This document shows, piece after piece, positions 1-8,719 of a stretch of DNA of 24,478 nucleotides. Under the pieces are notes generated by a model. That model did no database searches and was not told the origin of the DNA. It saw only the letters and a program-made list of their open reading frames with translations. Made by a program: the position numbers and the translations under genes. The DNA lies in the IMG/VR virus record IMGVR_UViG_3300017778_001871, positions 1 to 24,478 of that record. One strand, given 5' to 3'. Each line of letters begins with the position of its first letter. The first letter of the stretch is position 1. The stretch is from a virus. Taxonomy: Duplodnaviria; Caudoviricetes.

Positions 1-559
1 ACCAAAACTCCGCTCGCTTGTCATGCCGTTGCATGCTCAAACATGTTTTGGGCATGACAGTAAGTTCTTTAAGTTTGGTGTTGGCACCAACTTCGTGCAA
101 CACACGATAGTATCCCCAGGCTCTTGTGGTCTTGGGTTTTTTCCACTCTTCAAGAATCCACGAACTGCTATTCTTTTTATCTTCGCCGCCTACGCCAAAC
201 ACAAATTCTAAATTGGCATCTACCACATCCATTTCAGGAATATTTTTGTCAGTGCGATCACCACCATTGGCAAATACCAACGTTGCGTCGGGGTAGTGTG
301 CTCGAACTTGTCGAATAAACTCTTTGGCCGAGTCATCTGCATCGTCAAATGTGTATGTTTCGTCTACCATGGTAAGATTGTTTATCACACACAATCTTTC
401 CGTCCATGGCATAAACGGCCGACCTTTTTTGCGTGTGAGCCATTCATCTGAATTGAGCCCTACAATTAACATGTCGCCCAGTGTGCGGGCTGCTTTAAAA
501 TAAGCAATGTGTCCAGAGTGTAGCGGATCAAAGCCGCCTGTTACAAGTACGATTTTCAT
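1..559 (-). CDS. Cytidylyltransferase-family (HxGH) nucleotidyltransferase fused to a mannose-6-phosphate isomerase-type cupin domain; 3' end lies outside the window
   Basis: Not in the ORF track. Manual translation from ATG at 559 gives MKIVLVTGGFDPLHSGHIAYFKAARTLGDMLIVGLNSDEWLTRKKGRPFMPW...FANGGDR...GVGGEDKKNSSSWILEEWK (TagD/RfaE-like), then RAWGYYRVLHE...KLKELTVMPKTCLSMQRHDKRAEFW (ManC C-terminal cupin pattern). The frame is open to position 1. Confidence 0.85.
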   Translation of the reverse strand, partial: MKIVLVTGGFDPLHSGHIAYFKAARTLGDMLIVGLNSDEWLTRKKGRPFMPWTERLCVINNLTMVDETYTFDDADDSAKEFIRQVRAHYPDATLVFANGGDRTDKNIPEMDVVDANLEFVFGVGGEDKKNSSSWILEEWKKPKTTRAWGYYRVLHEVGANTKLKELTVMPKTCLSMQRHDKRAEFW

Positions 560-594
560 AGTTTTTCCATCCCAGTGGTTCTTACCGTAAATTG

Positions 595-601
595 ATAAAT
601 A
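595..601 (+). promoter_or_regulatory. T4-type late promoter-like motif ATAAATA upstream of the homing endonuclease
   Basis: ATAAATA lies 5 nt before ATG 607; the same motif recurs before many genes in this window. Confidence 0.55.
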
Positions 602-606
602 AATTT

Positions 607-1320
607 ATGCATTACATTATTTACAAGACTTTTACATCCAGTGGAAAATACTATATAGGTCGTCATTCAACTAACAACCTAAGTGACGGTTATCTAGGGT
701 CTGGTAAGTGGGTTAAATCAATTAAGGATAAATCATTGCTTACTAGAGAAATTCTTGCGTTTGCAGAGTCTGAGTCAGAACTCAAAGTTCTCGAAGAACA
801 ATTTATTATCAAGTCAATCGATGATCCAAACAACATGAATTTTAACAATAAATCAACTGGGTGGCCAACTGGAGATTTAAATTGGGCACGGACGCCCGGA
901 GCAAAAATAATAAAGAGTAGTCGAAAAAAAGGGCTTACACTTGAAGATGAGTACGGTGCTGAAAAAGCAAAATTAATTAAACAAAAAATATCTAAATCTA
1001 GAACCGGGCTGAAAACTAATAAACCAGCATGGAATCGCGGTGTTCCCTTATCATCTGACACACGTAAGCGTATTTCTAAATCTATCTCTGCACAAATGTT
1101 ATCAATGACCAATGACGAGCGTAAAGAAAAATTTGGTCATATCGGGGATAAAAATGGATTTTTTAATCAAACTCATAAAGATTCTACAGTTCAATTGCTG
1201 AAGGAAAAACAAAAAGCAAATAGGCAAAATAATCGGCTAACTTGTCCACATTGTCTTAAAAATATTGACAAACCTAATTACTCAAGATACCACGGAGACA
1301 ATTGCAAGTTTAAAGAGTAA
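607..1320 (+). mobile_element. Free-standing GIY-YIG homing endonuclease (Seg-like) with NUMOD3-type repeats and a C-terminal Zn-finger-like motif
   Basis: YIIYKT...KYYIGRHST...DGYLGSG N-terminus; NUMOD3-like PAWNRGVPLSSDTRKRISKS and GFFNQTHKDSTVQLLKEK; CPHC...YHGDNC. Antisense to its neighbours and visibly AT-richer. ATG at 607 preferred over the TTG at 592. Confidence 0.85.
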
Positions 1321-1762
1321 GATCTTCCATTCCAGCCGAACGTAATCTAATGAGGTGCCCTGCCATCCATTGTTTAGAATCTAGTCCCTTCATGATACCC
1401 AACCATCGATTGCGTAGATATGCCACTTCGTTGATTATGGTTTCATAATCAATCACTTCATCTTCGCCATCCACATACTTTTCTGCGTCGCGACTGGTGA
1501 GCGCACGAGCATATCCTTCCAGATACTTTTGAAAGTGTTTTCTGCGTATCTTGCGCAGTTGGATATTAAGAAAGTTCAACACAGCCTCAATCTCTTGAAG
1601 CTGGTTGTATCTAAACTCAGTGATGCCCGGAAGTGCTGTGATATTTTTTTCAACAATTCCAGCAATGCGGCAGTCTTTTTTAGCATCAGTTATTTCACGC
1701 TCGTAGTGTGCTATAAAATCTGGAATAGCATCAAGACTAGCAACTACTCGACTGTACCACAT
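1310..1762 (-). CDS. uvsY: UvsY-like recombination mediator protein
   Basis: 150 aa, helical; FQKYLEGY...LTSRDAEKYVDGEDEVID...LRSAGMED pattern; lies downstream of uvsX. Confidence 0.75.
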   Translation of the reverse strand: MWYSRVVASLDAIPDFIAHYEREITDAKKDCRIAGIVEKNITALPGITEFRYNQLQEIEAVLNFLNIQLRKIRRKHFQKYLEGYARALTSRDAEKYVDGEDEVIDYETIINEVAYLRNRWLGIMKGLDSKQWMAGHLIRLRSAGMEDLTL

Positions 1763-2022
1763 TAATTTTCCCAGTCGTCTTCGTTGGGATCCTCTTCTTC
1801 GATATCTTCTTCGTCTTCTGCATAGTCTTTATCATTGTCAAGATACGCGGTAAGTGCTCGTTTGATATCAGTGTCACCTTTAAATGCGGTCCGAATATCC
1901 TCAACGTCCGAATCATTGTCCATCAAAACTTGTACCACAGTTTCTGCTGCCTCGTTGCGATCAACTGTGTTTACAAATCGTTTGAGTTCGCCCCAAATTT
2001 CTGCTGCTATTGTTTCGCTCAT
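1762..2022 (-). CDS. Small acidic hypothetical protein
   Basis: 86 aa; overlaps uvsX (ATGA) and uvsY (TAATG); strongly acidic C-terminus. Confidence 0.8.
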   Translation of the reverse strand: MSETIAAEIWGELKRFVNTVDRNEAAETVVQVLMDNDSDVEDIRTAFKGDTDIKRALTAYLDNDKDYAEDEEDIEEEDPNEDDWEN

Positions 2023-3074
2023 TCTGCTTCCTCCTCACCGGTACTTACCTCTTCCTTGATATTTCCAAAGTCTTTCATCACAGTGTCAAGACAGTTGTCA
2101 TCATTGCGTTCCCAGCCTTTGCGGAACTTCTTGATGATTTCACCGTGACTGGTAGTAAACACTAGGCTGTTGCCTTCTTTCTTGAGCAGGCCTTTTTTCT
2201 CAATCAAGTCTGTCAGACCTGAGTATGGACTCATGCCTGTTGTGTAAGGAATCTTAACTTGCACACCTTCAAAGGGTTTGGCATAGCGTGTTTTCATAAC
2301 TTTACAACCAGCACGGATGCCCATTACATCAGAGATCTTGTTGCCGTCTTCGTCCTCTTTTAACTTCATCTTTTTCATGGCCACAACAATTGATGAGGCG
2401 TAAATGAAACCTTGTCCACCTGATATCTTATCATCTGGGTCAAACATGTCTTGGCTTGCGTATGTGTGATTGGTACAGACCAAGCCTACATTGTAACTAC
2501 CAAACATGTTCACACAGTTACGCACCAAGGCGGTGAGAGCTTTGGGCTTACGGCCTAGATCACCCTTCATTTCGCCTGCATCAAACTGATTCACATCAGT
2601 GGGTGTTAGCAACATGCCCAATGAGTCAATTACAAACATGACCTTGGGACGCTCGCCATCTGGTAGAGACTTGTAGTCACTCATGAATGTGGAGATAGTC
2701 TTTGCCACATCATCAATCATGGCCATGCTCAGTTTAAGCAATTTGCTGTCACTTGTGTCAACACCAAGTGCCTTAAGCCAATCTTCGTCAAGAGCATTTT
2801 CCGAGTCAATCAGCACCACAAAGATACCTTGCTCTTGTGCGTTCTTCACAATATTGCCTGAACAAATATAACTCTTACCTGCGCCAGAGTCTCCGGCAAA
2901 CACAGTTACCTTGCCTAGTGGAATGCCACGATTAAAGTCGCCTGAGATCAAATAATTTAATGCGTAGTTGCCTGTTGAGATCCAATCTGTTGGATCATTA
3001 AAACCAATCGATAGGCCGTCGATTGATTTGGTAATTTCCTTGCGGAATTTTGAGACGTCGAAGGGTTTTCCCAT
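2019..3074 (-). CDS. uvsX: UvsX/RecA-like recombinase
   Basis: ISTGNYALNYLISG, Walker A GDSGAGKS, IDSENA, Walker B VMFVIDSLG, SGGQGFIYASS; SD AGGTG upstream. Confidence 0.95.
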   Translation of the reverse strand: MGKPFDVSKFRKEITKSIDGLSIGFNDPTDWISTGNYALNYLISGDFNRGIPLGKVTVFAGDSGAGKSYICSGNIVKNAQEQGIFVVLIDSENALDEDWLKALGVDTSDSKLLKLSMAMIDDVAKTISTFMSDYKSLPDGERPKVMFVIDSLGMLLTPTDVNQFDAGEMKGDLGRKPKALTALVRNCVNMFGSYNVGLVCTNHTYASQDMFDPDDKISGGQGFIYASSIVVAMKKMKLKEDEDGNKISDVMGIRAGCKVMKTRYAKPFEGVQVKIPYTTGMSPYSGLTDLIEKKGLLKKEGNSLVFTTSHGEIIKKFRKGWERNDDNCLDTVMKDFGNIKEEVSTGEEEAE

Positions 3075-3089
3075 GTATCACCTGTTATA

Positions 3090-3125
3090 AAAATAGAAGA
3101 ACACAAGAGGTTGCCCCCTTGTGTT
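3090..3125 (-). terminator. Intrinsic terminator-like hairpin after gp32, possibly leaky
   Basis: Minus strand AACACAAGGGG-GCAA-CCTCTTGTGTT (11-bp stem with one G-U pair, GNRA loop) followed by an interrupted U tract CTTCTATTTTT. Confidence 0.65.
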
Positions 3126-3135
3126 GGTGCAGAGA

Positions 3136-4131
3136 TTACTGCTTGTTTTGACGTGAACGGATCATGGCCAAGATGTCTTGGGCATTACCACTTGGTTTGG
3201 CCGCTGACACAGGTGCGGCAGCAGGTGCGGGCTCGTCGTCAAACGAACTGTCAGCTACAGGTGCTGCCGGAGCGGCAACCTTTAGTGCTGGCTTGGCAGC
3301 AGGTGCCGGAGTGTCTTCGGCATCACCGGCAGCAGCGCCTGGAACTTGTACACCAGCAGGACGGAAGTATTGACCCCAACGATCAGTGTCGTACGGCTGT
3401 CCATCTACTGATGCTTCAAACATCTCTTTAATTACTTTGAGTTCAACATCACCGGGACGCTTGGGCAGGTAGGTGCTCAAGTCATACAAGCCGTGTTTTT
3501 CAATGGCTGCTTGTTCAGCTTCTGTAAGTGCAGACTCTTTGCGTGCCCACTTTGACCCATTGTAGTCAGCAAATCCACCTTTGGCTCCTTTGCTGACACG
3601 GAAGTCCAGTCCACGCAAGAAGTCAGTTGGCAATTCTTCCAGTTCAGGATCCATCAACGCACCTTTGATAGTGGTAAAGATCTGAGGGCCGATGATGAAT
3701 CGACGGATTGGGTTTTCTGGTGACTTGTCGTCAGCCAATGGATTCTCACGCACAAAGCCTTGGAAGATGTATGAACGTTTTTTCCAGTACTTGCGACCCA
3801 TGTCTTCAAGGCTCTTGTCCTTGAACCATGTACGTACTTCTGCTAAAATAGGACAAGCGTCGCCCCACATTTCAACACAGGGTACTTGTACCATAACCTG
3901 CTTGCTCTCCATCTCTCCTTTGATGCCGTTGAACGGCAAACGAATCATTGCTCGTTCTTGCCAGAAGAATGTGTTTTTTGTATTAGCGTCGGGGAGGAAG
4001 CGTAATGTGGCTGCTTGGCCTTCTTCCATATTCCAATGCGGATAAATTGAATTGTCTCCGCCGGCGGATTGCCCACCTTGTTTGTTTTCTGCTGCCTGTA
4101 GTTTTGCTCTGATTTCTGCTAAAGATGCCAT
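3136..4131 (-). CDS. gp32: Single-stranded DNA-binding protein (T4 gp32-like)
   Basis: ATLRFLPD, VPCVEMWGDACPI, RKYWKKRSYIFQGFV, GLDFRVSK...GGFADY..SKW; Ala/Pro-rich linker; SD AAGGAG; next to uvsX. Confidence 0.9.
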   Translation of the reverse strand: MASLAEIRAKLQAAENKQGGQSAGGDNSIYPHWNMEEGQAATLRFLPDANTKNTFFWQERAMIRLPFNGIKGEMESKQVMVQVPCVEMWGDACPILAEVRTWFKDKSLEDMGRKYWKKRSYIFQGFVRENPLADDKSPENPIRRFIIGPQIFTTIKGALMDPELEELPTDFLRGLDFRVSKGAKGGFADYNGSKWARKESALTEAEQAAIEKHGLYDLSTYLPKRPGDVELKVIKEMFEASVDGQPYDTDRWGQYFRPAGVQVPGAAAGDAEDTPAPAAKPALKVAAPAAPVADSSFDDEPAPAAAPVSAAKPSGNAQDILAMIRSRQNKQ

Positions 4132-4228
4132 AGTATGTTTCTCCTTAAAAAAGTTGCCTATGTATATGCCAATCTAAAAATTAGATGTTTGTTGCCTGTG
4201 ACGTCAACATAATGTTGCATACAACGTA

Positions 4229-4257
4229 AGTATATGCTTCTTTTCTGCTTTCGTCAA
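4229..4257 (-). promoter_or_regulatory. Sigma70-type promoter for the gp32-uvsX-uvsY operon
   Basis: TTGACG (4257-4252), 17-nt spacer, TATACT (4234-4229). Confidence 0.75.
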
Positions 4258-4260
4258 GTG

Positions 4261-4267
4261 TATTTAT
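4261..4267 (-). promoter_or_regulatory. Late promoter-like motif ATAAATA upstream of gp32
   Basis: TGA-C-ATAAATA immediately after the stop of the upstream gene; T4 gene 32 also has a late promoter. Confidence 0.55.
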
Positions 4268-4268
4268 G

Positions 4269-5177
4269 TCATTTACGCAAATGCGGCATATTTTCTTGAA
4301 ACAGTTTGCTCTTTTGCCATTGAGCATTAGTTATCTGGAGATGCTGGGCCTCTAGCCATTCTCTTCCAAGTGCCCAATCGGCCAAACTAGAATGCCGGAA
4401 CCGATAGTCGCCAGTACATTCTAACGCAAACGTATGGCTCCACCCCACTGACTGCAATGGCAGCGGAGTGTCAGATAGATAGTGCCGGTACACTTCAATC
4501 AATTCGAATTCACTCATGACCATTTTTTTGCAGTCAACATCCATGGCCACTATCTGTTCGCTTTCCAGTAGGTCTAAATGCAATTGCGTAAAGTTTCGAT
4601 TGTGATGCTGTTCTACTCTGTTTCTCAACTGAGTCAACAACTTTCGATCAAGTTGTCTAAATGGTACTGCACTGGCACAAGCTGGAAAATTATCACATAA
4701 GATTTGATCGTGTTCACTGTTCAACATGTACCGAATGTACATTCGATTGCCTAGTGTGATTGGATCAGACTCAAGTGCATACAAATGGTCTATTTTAACT
4801 GGTACAGTATCAAATTCTAAAGTTTGTTCAAAAATGATATCTGCATCCACCATCAACCACGAATCGCCTGGTAGGTATTGATCAAGATTGAGTTTGACCA
4901 ACTGCTGTCGCCACCATCCCACTTTACACTTGTCAATCAGTGGTACATCATCCACACGGTGGTATACCAAATTATCAAACTGCCAGTACTGCTGACCTAG
5001 ATAAGTTTGTATGTCTTCAAAGAAATTTGGCCAAGGATCAATTGCATGTGCATGATTGGTATCTACTATGACATGGATGGGCTTTGCTGGAAAGTGCTGC
5101 ACTATGGATTTGATACACAGGGCAGTTTGGAACGCATAACCAGGCCAAGTGGTTATGGCATAACAATCAAAATTCAT
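4269..5177 (-). CDS. DUF6492-like / GT-A-fold putative glycosyltransferase
   Basis: 302 aa; GWWRQQLVKL followed by the DxD motif in WLMVDADIIF, and SEFEL. Confidence 0.6.
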   Translation of the reverse strand: MNFDCYAITTWPGYAFQTALCIKSIVQHFPAKPIHVIVDTNHAHAIDPWPNFFEDIQTYLGQQYWQFDNLVYHRVDDVPLIDKCKVGWWRQQLVKLNLDQYLPGDSWLMVDADIIFEQTLEFDTVPVKIDHLYALESDPITLGNRMYIRYMLNSEHDQILCDNFPACASAVPFRQLDRKLLTQLRNRVEQHHNRNFTQLHLDLLESEQIVAMDVDCKKMVMSEFELIEVYRHYLSDTPLPLQSVGWSHTFALECTGDYRFRHSSLADWALGREWLEAQHLQITNAQWQKSKLFQENMPHLRK

Positions 5178-5187
5178 CTAGTATATA

Positions 5188-7131
5188 TTACTTGATCAAT
5201 GCTAGTGTTTTTATTCTTGCCAACCATGCGTCATGATCATGTTCTTCCATCATGGGAGCAACTGATCCTGCTACTGTGCCCATTTCATACATGCCACATT
5301 CGGCCAGGCCGTGTTCTGGACAGTATTCGCCTTCCATGGTAGTGTTGCATGAACTTTCTACCATGCTTGATCCACCATCGGTGGCTGCCTGACCTAATGC
5401 GCTGCCAATTGCTCCGCCCACTGGACCAGCTACTGCACTACCTAATGCACTACCTGCAACTGCGCCAAGCACACCTTCACCTACTCCATGATTAGTTTCG
5501 TCTAATCCTGGATTGGTTTGGTAGTGGTTGTATGCGCTTGCTACATCACTTATAAAGTCCTCGTCATGCGAAATTAAATTGCGAGCAGCTTTTGGTGTCA
5601 TACCAATAGCAATCAGTTCATGATATACTGCACTGTAAAAATCATTGCTGGATTTGTCTGTTGCCATTCCGGGTTTTTCACGGGCTAAAATTTTGGCAAC
5701 TTTTTCATAGGTGTATTCAGAGTTTTCGTGAATACGACTTTCAGCTACTGGCACACCAGCATATTTCAGCATGTCATTAAGTTCTTTGCCTTCCGCCACA
5801 GCTTGGTCAGGAGCAGTGCCTGGTGCTTGTTGACCAGCAGCAGGTGCCACTGGCTGTTGTTGAGCAGCAACAGGAGTGGTGTTCATTTGAATACCAAGTT
5901 GTTGCAATCTGGCCTGCACATCGGTGTCATCCCAAATATTAGCACGAGGATCTTGGTCAGCCAGGTTATTGAGGATATCAAACAATTGATCGTCGCCAAT
6001 CACATCATACAGTTGTTCTTTGGCATTGGTAGCGTCTGGACCAACAATGAGTTCTTGGCTCATGAGTGTGTTTAGTTTGGTCTGTGCTTCTGGAGTGTCT
6101 GGTAAGGCCCAGGTGCCCTCCATTACATTGTTGACCCAATCTTCAAAAATTTGTGCTTCTTTCATGGTGTTTGTTTCCTGTTGTATTCTTGCTAACATAG
6201 GCAAGGCTTGTTCTATTCTGGGATCAATGCGAGTTTCCACAAATAGATTTTTTAAATCTTCAACTACCAATTCTGAATCAGAGATATCAGCAGGAGTCCA
6301 AGATTCAAAATATTGATTGTATCCGTGTGACGAGGATAGTGTTTTGAGATTACGCTGTAGATTAACGTAGTACGTATTGGTTTCAGTCACAAGCTCTTCG
6401 GCAACACCTTCAAATACTTTTTTCTGGTTTGCTCTACGAAACTGTGACAGCACATTGAGTTGTTCAACTATTTGTGAAATGTGTTGACCACGAATGTCAT
6501 AGGGATTGCCACCTTGTTTCACATGTTCAACCATGGCTCTGCCGCCTGACAACTTTTTAAATGGCAGCTTGAATCGCTCACCATCTGCAGTTTCAATAAA
6601 CAAACTTTCTACATAACGGAATCGAGCATCGTTTTCTTCAAGATTGCGACTGTGCTTGATCATCAGTCTGGCTTGTGTTGGCTCTCCAGCATAGCTGATT
6701 TTTTTATTGCCGTAGTAGCTTTCAAACAATCCTTCTTTGATTGCTGCCATGCCGGCCATGGTGTATTTGAGTCTACTGATATTGTCTAGTTTGAACCCGC
6801 CACGTATTTTGCTGTTGCGCACAGCAAATGATTTTAGTTGTTCTAAAAATTGGTACCATTCAGTTTTGTCTTGTGAGTCCATGCCACGACCAAGATTGTC
6901 ACCGTAAAACACTGTCATTCCATTGTCACTGCTCAATAAGATCACAGCTGTGCCGTAATTTTTACCAGACTGTGCCACCCAGTTAAATTTAAACATGTCA
7001 GCTTTACTGGGATCAGATTTGCCAGTAGCGTCCACAGGCGGGTTGCCAGTTTTTATATCCAGAGCTTCTGGATTGAAGTTACGAGTGATCAATAGATCGT
7101 TAAGCGCCTGAGACGGTGATGAAGTTACCAT
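5188..7131 (-). CDS. Hypothetical virion/head-associated modular protein (647 aa)
   Basis: Long ORF right after the large terminase, with its own late-type motif; segments separated by hydrophobic-x-E motifs; contains a glycine-zipper segment. Confidence 0.7.
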   Translation of the reverse strand: MVTSSPSQALNDLLITRNFNPEALDIKTGNPPVDATGKSDPSKADMFKFNWVAQSGKNYGTAVILLSSDNGMTVFYGDNLGRGMDSQDKTEWYQFLEQLKSFAVRNSKIRGGFKLDNISRLKYTMAGMAAIKEGLFESYYGNKKISYAGEPTQARLMIKHSRNLEENDARFRYVESLFIETADGERFKLPFKKLSGGRAMVEHVKQGGNPYDIRGQHISQIVEQLNVLSQFRRANQKKVFEGVAEELVTETNTYYVNLQRNLKTLSSSHGYNQYFESWTPADISDSELVVEDLKNLFVETRIDPRIEQALPMLARIQQETNTMKEAQIFEDWVNNVMEGTWALPDTPEAQTKLNTLMSQELIVGPDATNAKEQLYDVIGDDQLFDILNNLADQDPRANIWDDTDVQARLQQLGIQMNTTPVAAQQQPVAPAAGQQAPGTAPDQAVAEGKELNDMLKYAGVPVAESRIHENSEYTYEKVAKILAREKPGMATDKSSNDFYSAVYHELIAIGMTPKAARNLISHDEDFISDVASAYNHYQTNPGLDETNHGVGEGVLGAVAGSALGSAVAGPVGGAIGSALGQAATDGGSSMVESSCNTTMEGEYCPEHGLAECGMYEMGTVAGSVAPMMEEHDHDAWLARIKTLALIK

Positions 7132-7138
7132 AGTGTTA

Positions 7139-7145
7139 TATTTAT
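7139..7145 (-). promoter_or_regulatory. Late promoter-like motif ATAAATA
   Basis: ATAAATA-TAACACT-ATG(7131); no SD. Confidence 0.6.
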
Positions 7146-7146
7146 G

Positions 7147-8715
7147 TCAATGAAGCACAGATATGAAAGGCATGGGTTCAATCACTGTGTCTCCATGGTC
7201 CCGCAACTGTGTTTCTAAGTCAGAATAAAAGCTCTGTAACACAGTCATCATACGTACCGCTAGGATGCTGGCCATTATGAGATCGTCTGTTTCGCCAATT
7301 TTTGCAGCGTATCCCAGTCCAGATGCCACAAATGTTTTTAATTCACTTATCAAGCTTCGGGAGTTGATGGTCATGCGCCCAGATTCTATTAGATTTTTTA
7401 ACTTGGAACAAGCACTCAGCTTGGTTTTGTTGGTGGTATTAAAGCCTTTTCTAAAGCGTCTAGAAGTTGAGCTTGTGGTGTCGCTTAAAAAATATCCTGG
7501 AATGTTTTCTTCACCGTATTCTGCAATGCTGATTAGGGCTGCTTCACCAATGGTGTTGTTTTCCACTGAATAATAAACACTTTTGTCATCCTGCACTGTT
7601 TCATGCAGATGTTTTATGATATCTGCTAGTATGCGTATTTGTTCAGGTATGGGGGTGAGATTGTGTCGCCACTCTCCTACCTGACGAGTGGTGTTGGCTT
7701 CAAAAATTTGAATGGCCGCTGGATCACCACCGGTGCCCAAGCTGGGATCCAGAGCCACCACATACACTTGATCTTTGCGTATGGGTTCATACCAACGCAC
7801 CTGCCCAGTTTTGTATGTGGGTTCTTTCCCAGTTAAGTCTAACAGTTTGATTGGAGCAATTAGTGTTTCGTCATTGATAATGAATTCGCAACCCATTTCT
7901 CTACGAAAACGATCTTCGCCTAATGCTGCCCGTGATTGTATTGCCCAAGTTTCATCTCGGTCTGGGTGTTCGTTCCAGTAGCTGCGAAATGCTCTGAATC
8001 CATTGATGCCTAGTTCTGTGGCATTGCCATGATCATCTTCGCACTTGTTGGCACTTTTCCATAAGAACGCAAATTGATCTTCGTCTGAGTTGGGAGTTGA
8101 TGTAATAATTGCTTTACCACCTGTGGCCAGTGTGGGCGAAATAGAAGTCCAAAACTCTTTGGCAATAGTGGGCCGCACATACGCAAACTCGTCAGCGTAC
8201 AGCAAGGATATTGACATACCCCGGCCGGTTGTTTCTGTTGTGGTTGCTGATACTATACGCGATCCATTTTCAAAGTCAATAGATCCTTTGTTGTAGCTGG
8301 TTACACCTGCACGAATAAAGTCTGGACACAGTTCATAAGCGTATCGAATGCGTTGCATGATCTCTTGTGCGCCTGTGTATTTGTGTGCAGCCACTAGAAT
8401 GGTAGAGTCGGGCACAAACATCGCATACCACAACAGGTATCCAGCTGCTGAGGTTGACTTGCCTGTTTGTCTGGGCATCATTGATATGGAAAAACGATAG
8501 TTGTGATATGTATCAATCAGTCGTTTCTGATATTCAAATGGATGATACACCATTTTTCCCTGCGTAGGGTGTTGAATGTGGAAAAAATGGTCCATGAAAT
8601 ATGCAGGTCCAGTAATTGAATCTGCGCAGGCTAGAAAGTGCTCTAGTTCCTGATCACTGAATATTTGTTGACGATGCGGCGATTTAACTAATACGCCTTC
8701 TAATGACTTGGCCAT
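7147..8715 (-). CDS. gp17: Terminase large subunit (T4 gp17-like)
   Basis: FEYQ adenine-binding motif, Walker A MPRQTGKST, Walker B LLYADEFA, TSTPN coupling motif, nuclease motifs ALDPS and DDLIMA. Confidence 0.95.
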   Translation of the reverse strand: MAKSLEGVLVKSPHRQQIFSDQELEHFLACADSITGPAYFMDHFFHIQHPTQGKMVYHPFEYQKRLIDTYHNYRFSISMMPRQTGKSTSAAGYLLWYAMFVPDSTILVAAHKYTGAQEIMQRIRYAYELCPDFIRAGVTSYNKGSIDFENGSRIVSATTTETTGRGMSISLLYADEFAYVRPTIAKEFWTSISPTLATGGKAIITSTPNSDEDQFAFLWKSANKCEDDHGNATELGINGFRAFRSYWNEHPDRDETWAIQSRAALGEDRFRREMGCEFIINDETLIAPIKLLDLTGKEPTYKTGQVRWYEPIRKDQVYVVALDPSLGTGGDPAAIQIFEANTTRQVGEWRHNLTPIPEQIRILADIIKHLHETVQDDKSVYYSVENNTIGEAALISIAEYGEENIPGYFLSDTTSSTSRRFRKGFNTTNKTKLSACSKLKNLIESGRMTINSRSLISELKTFVASGLGYAAKIGETDDLIMASILAVRMMTVLQSFYSDLETQLRDHGDTVIEPMPFISVLH

Positions 8716-8719
8716 GATC

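Noticed and set aside
23-318. Plus-strand ORFs of 62 and 64 aa
   Set aside because: Antisense shadows of the cytidylyltransferase-cupin gene on the minus strand
690-1112. 140-aa minus-strand ORF
   Set aside because: Antisense to the homing endonuclease; no motifs
5178-5190. TAATATATA before the DUF6492-like gene as a late promoter
   Set aside because: Deviates from TAAATA; cannot be distinguished from an AT-rich spacer
7146-7151. TTGACA-like -35 element at the terminase stop (minus strand)
   Set aside because: No -10 at 16-18 nt spacing; explained by the stop codon plus the late motif
7147-8715. Possible intein or intron in terminase (also checked uvsX)
   Set aside because: Lengths are normal and motifs contiguous; no intein splice motifs seen
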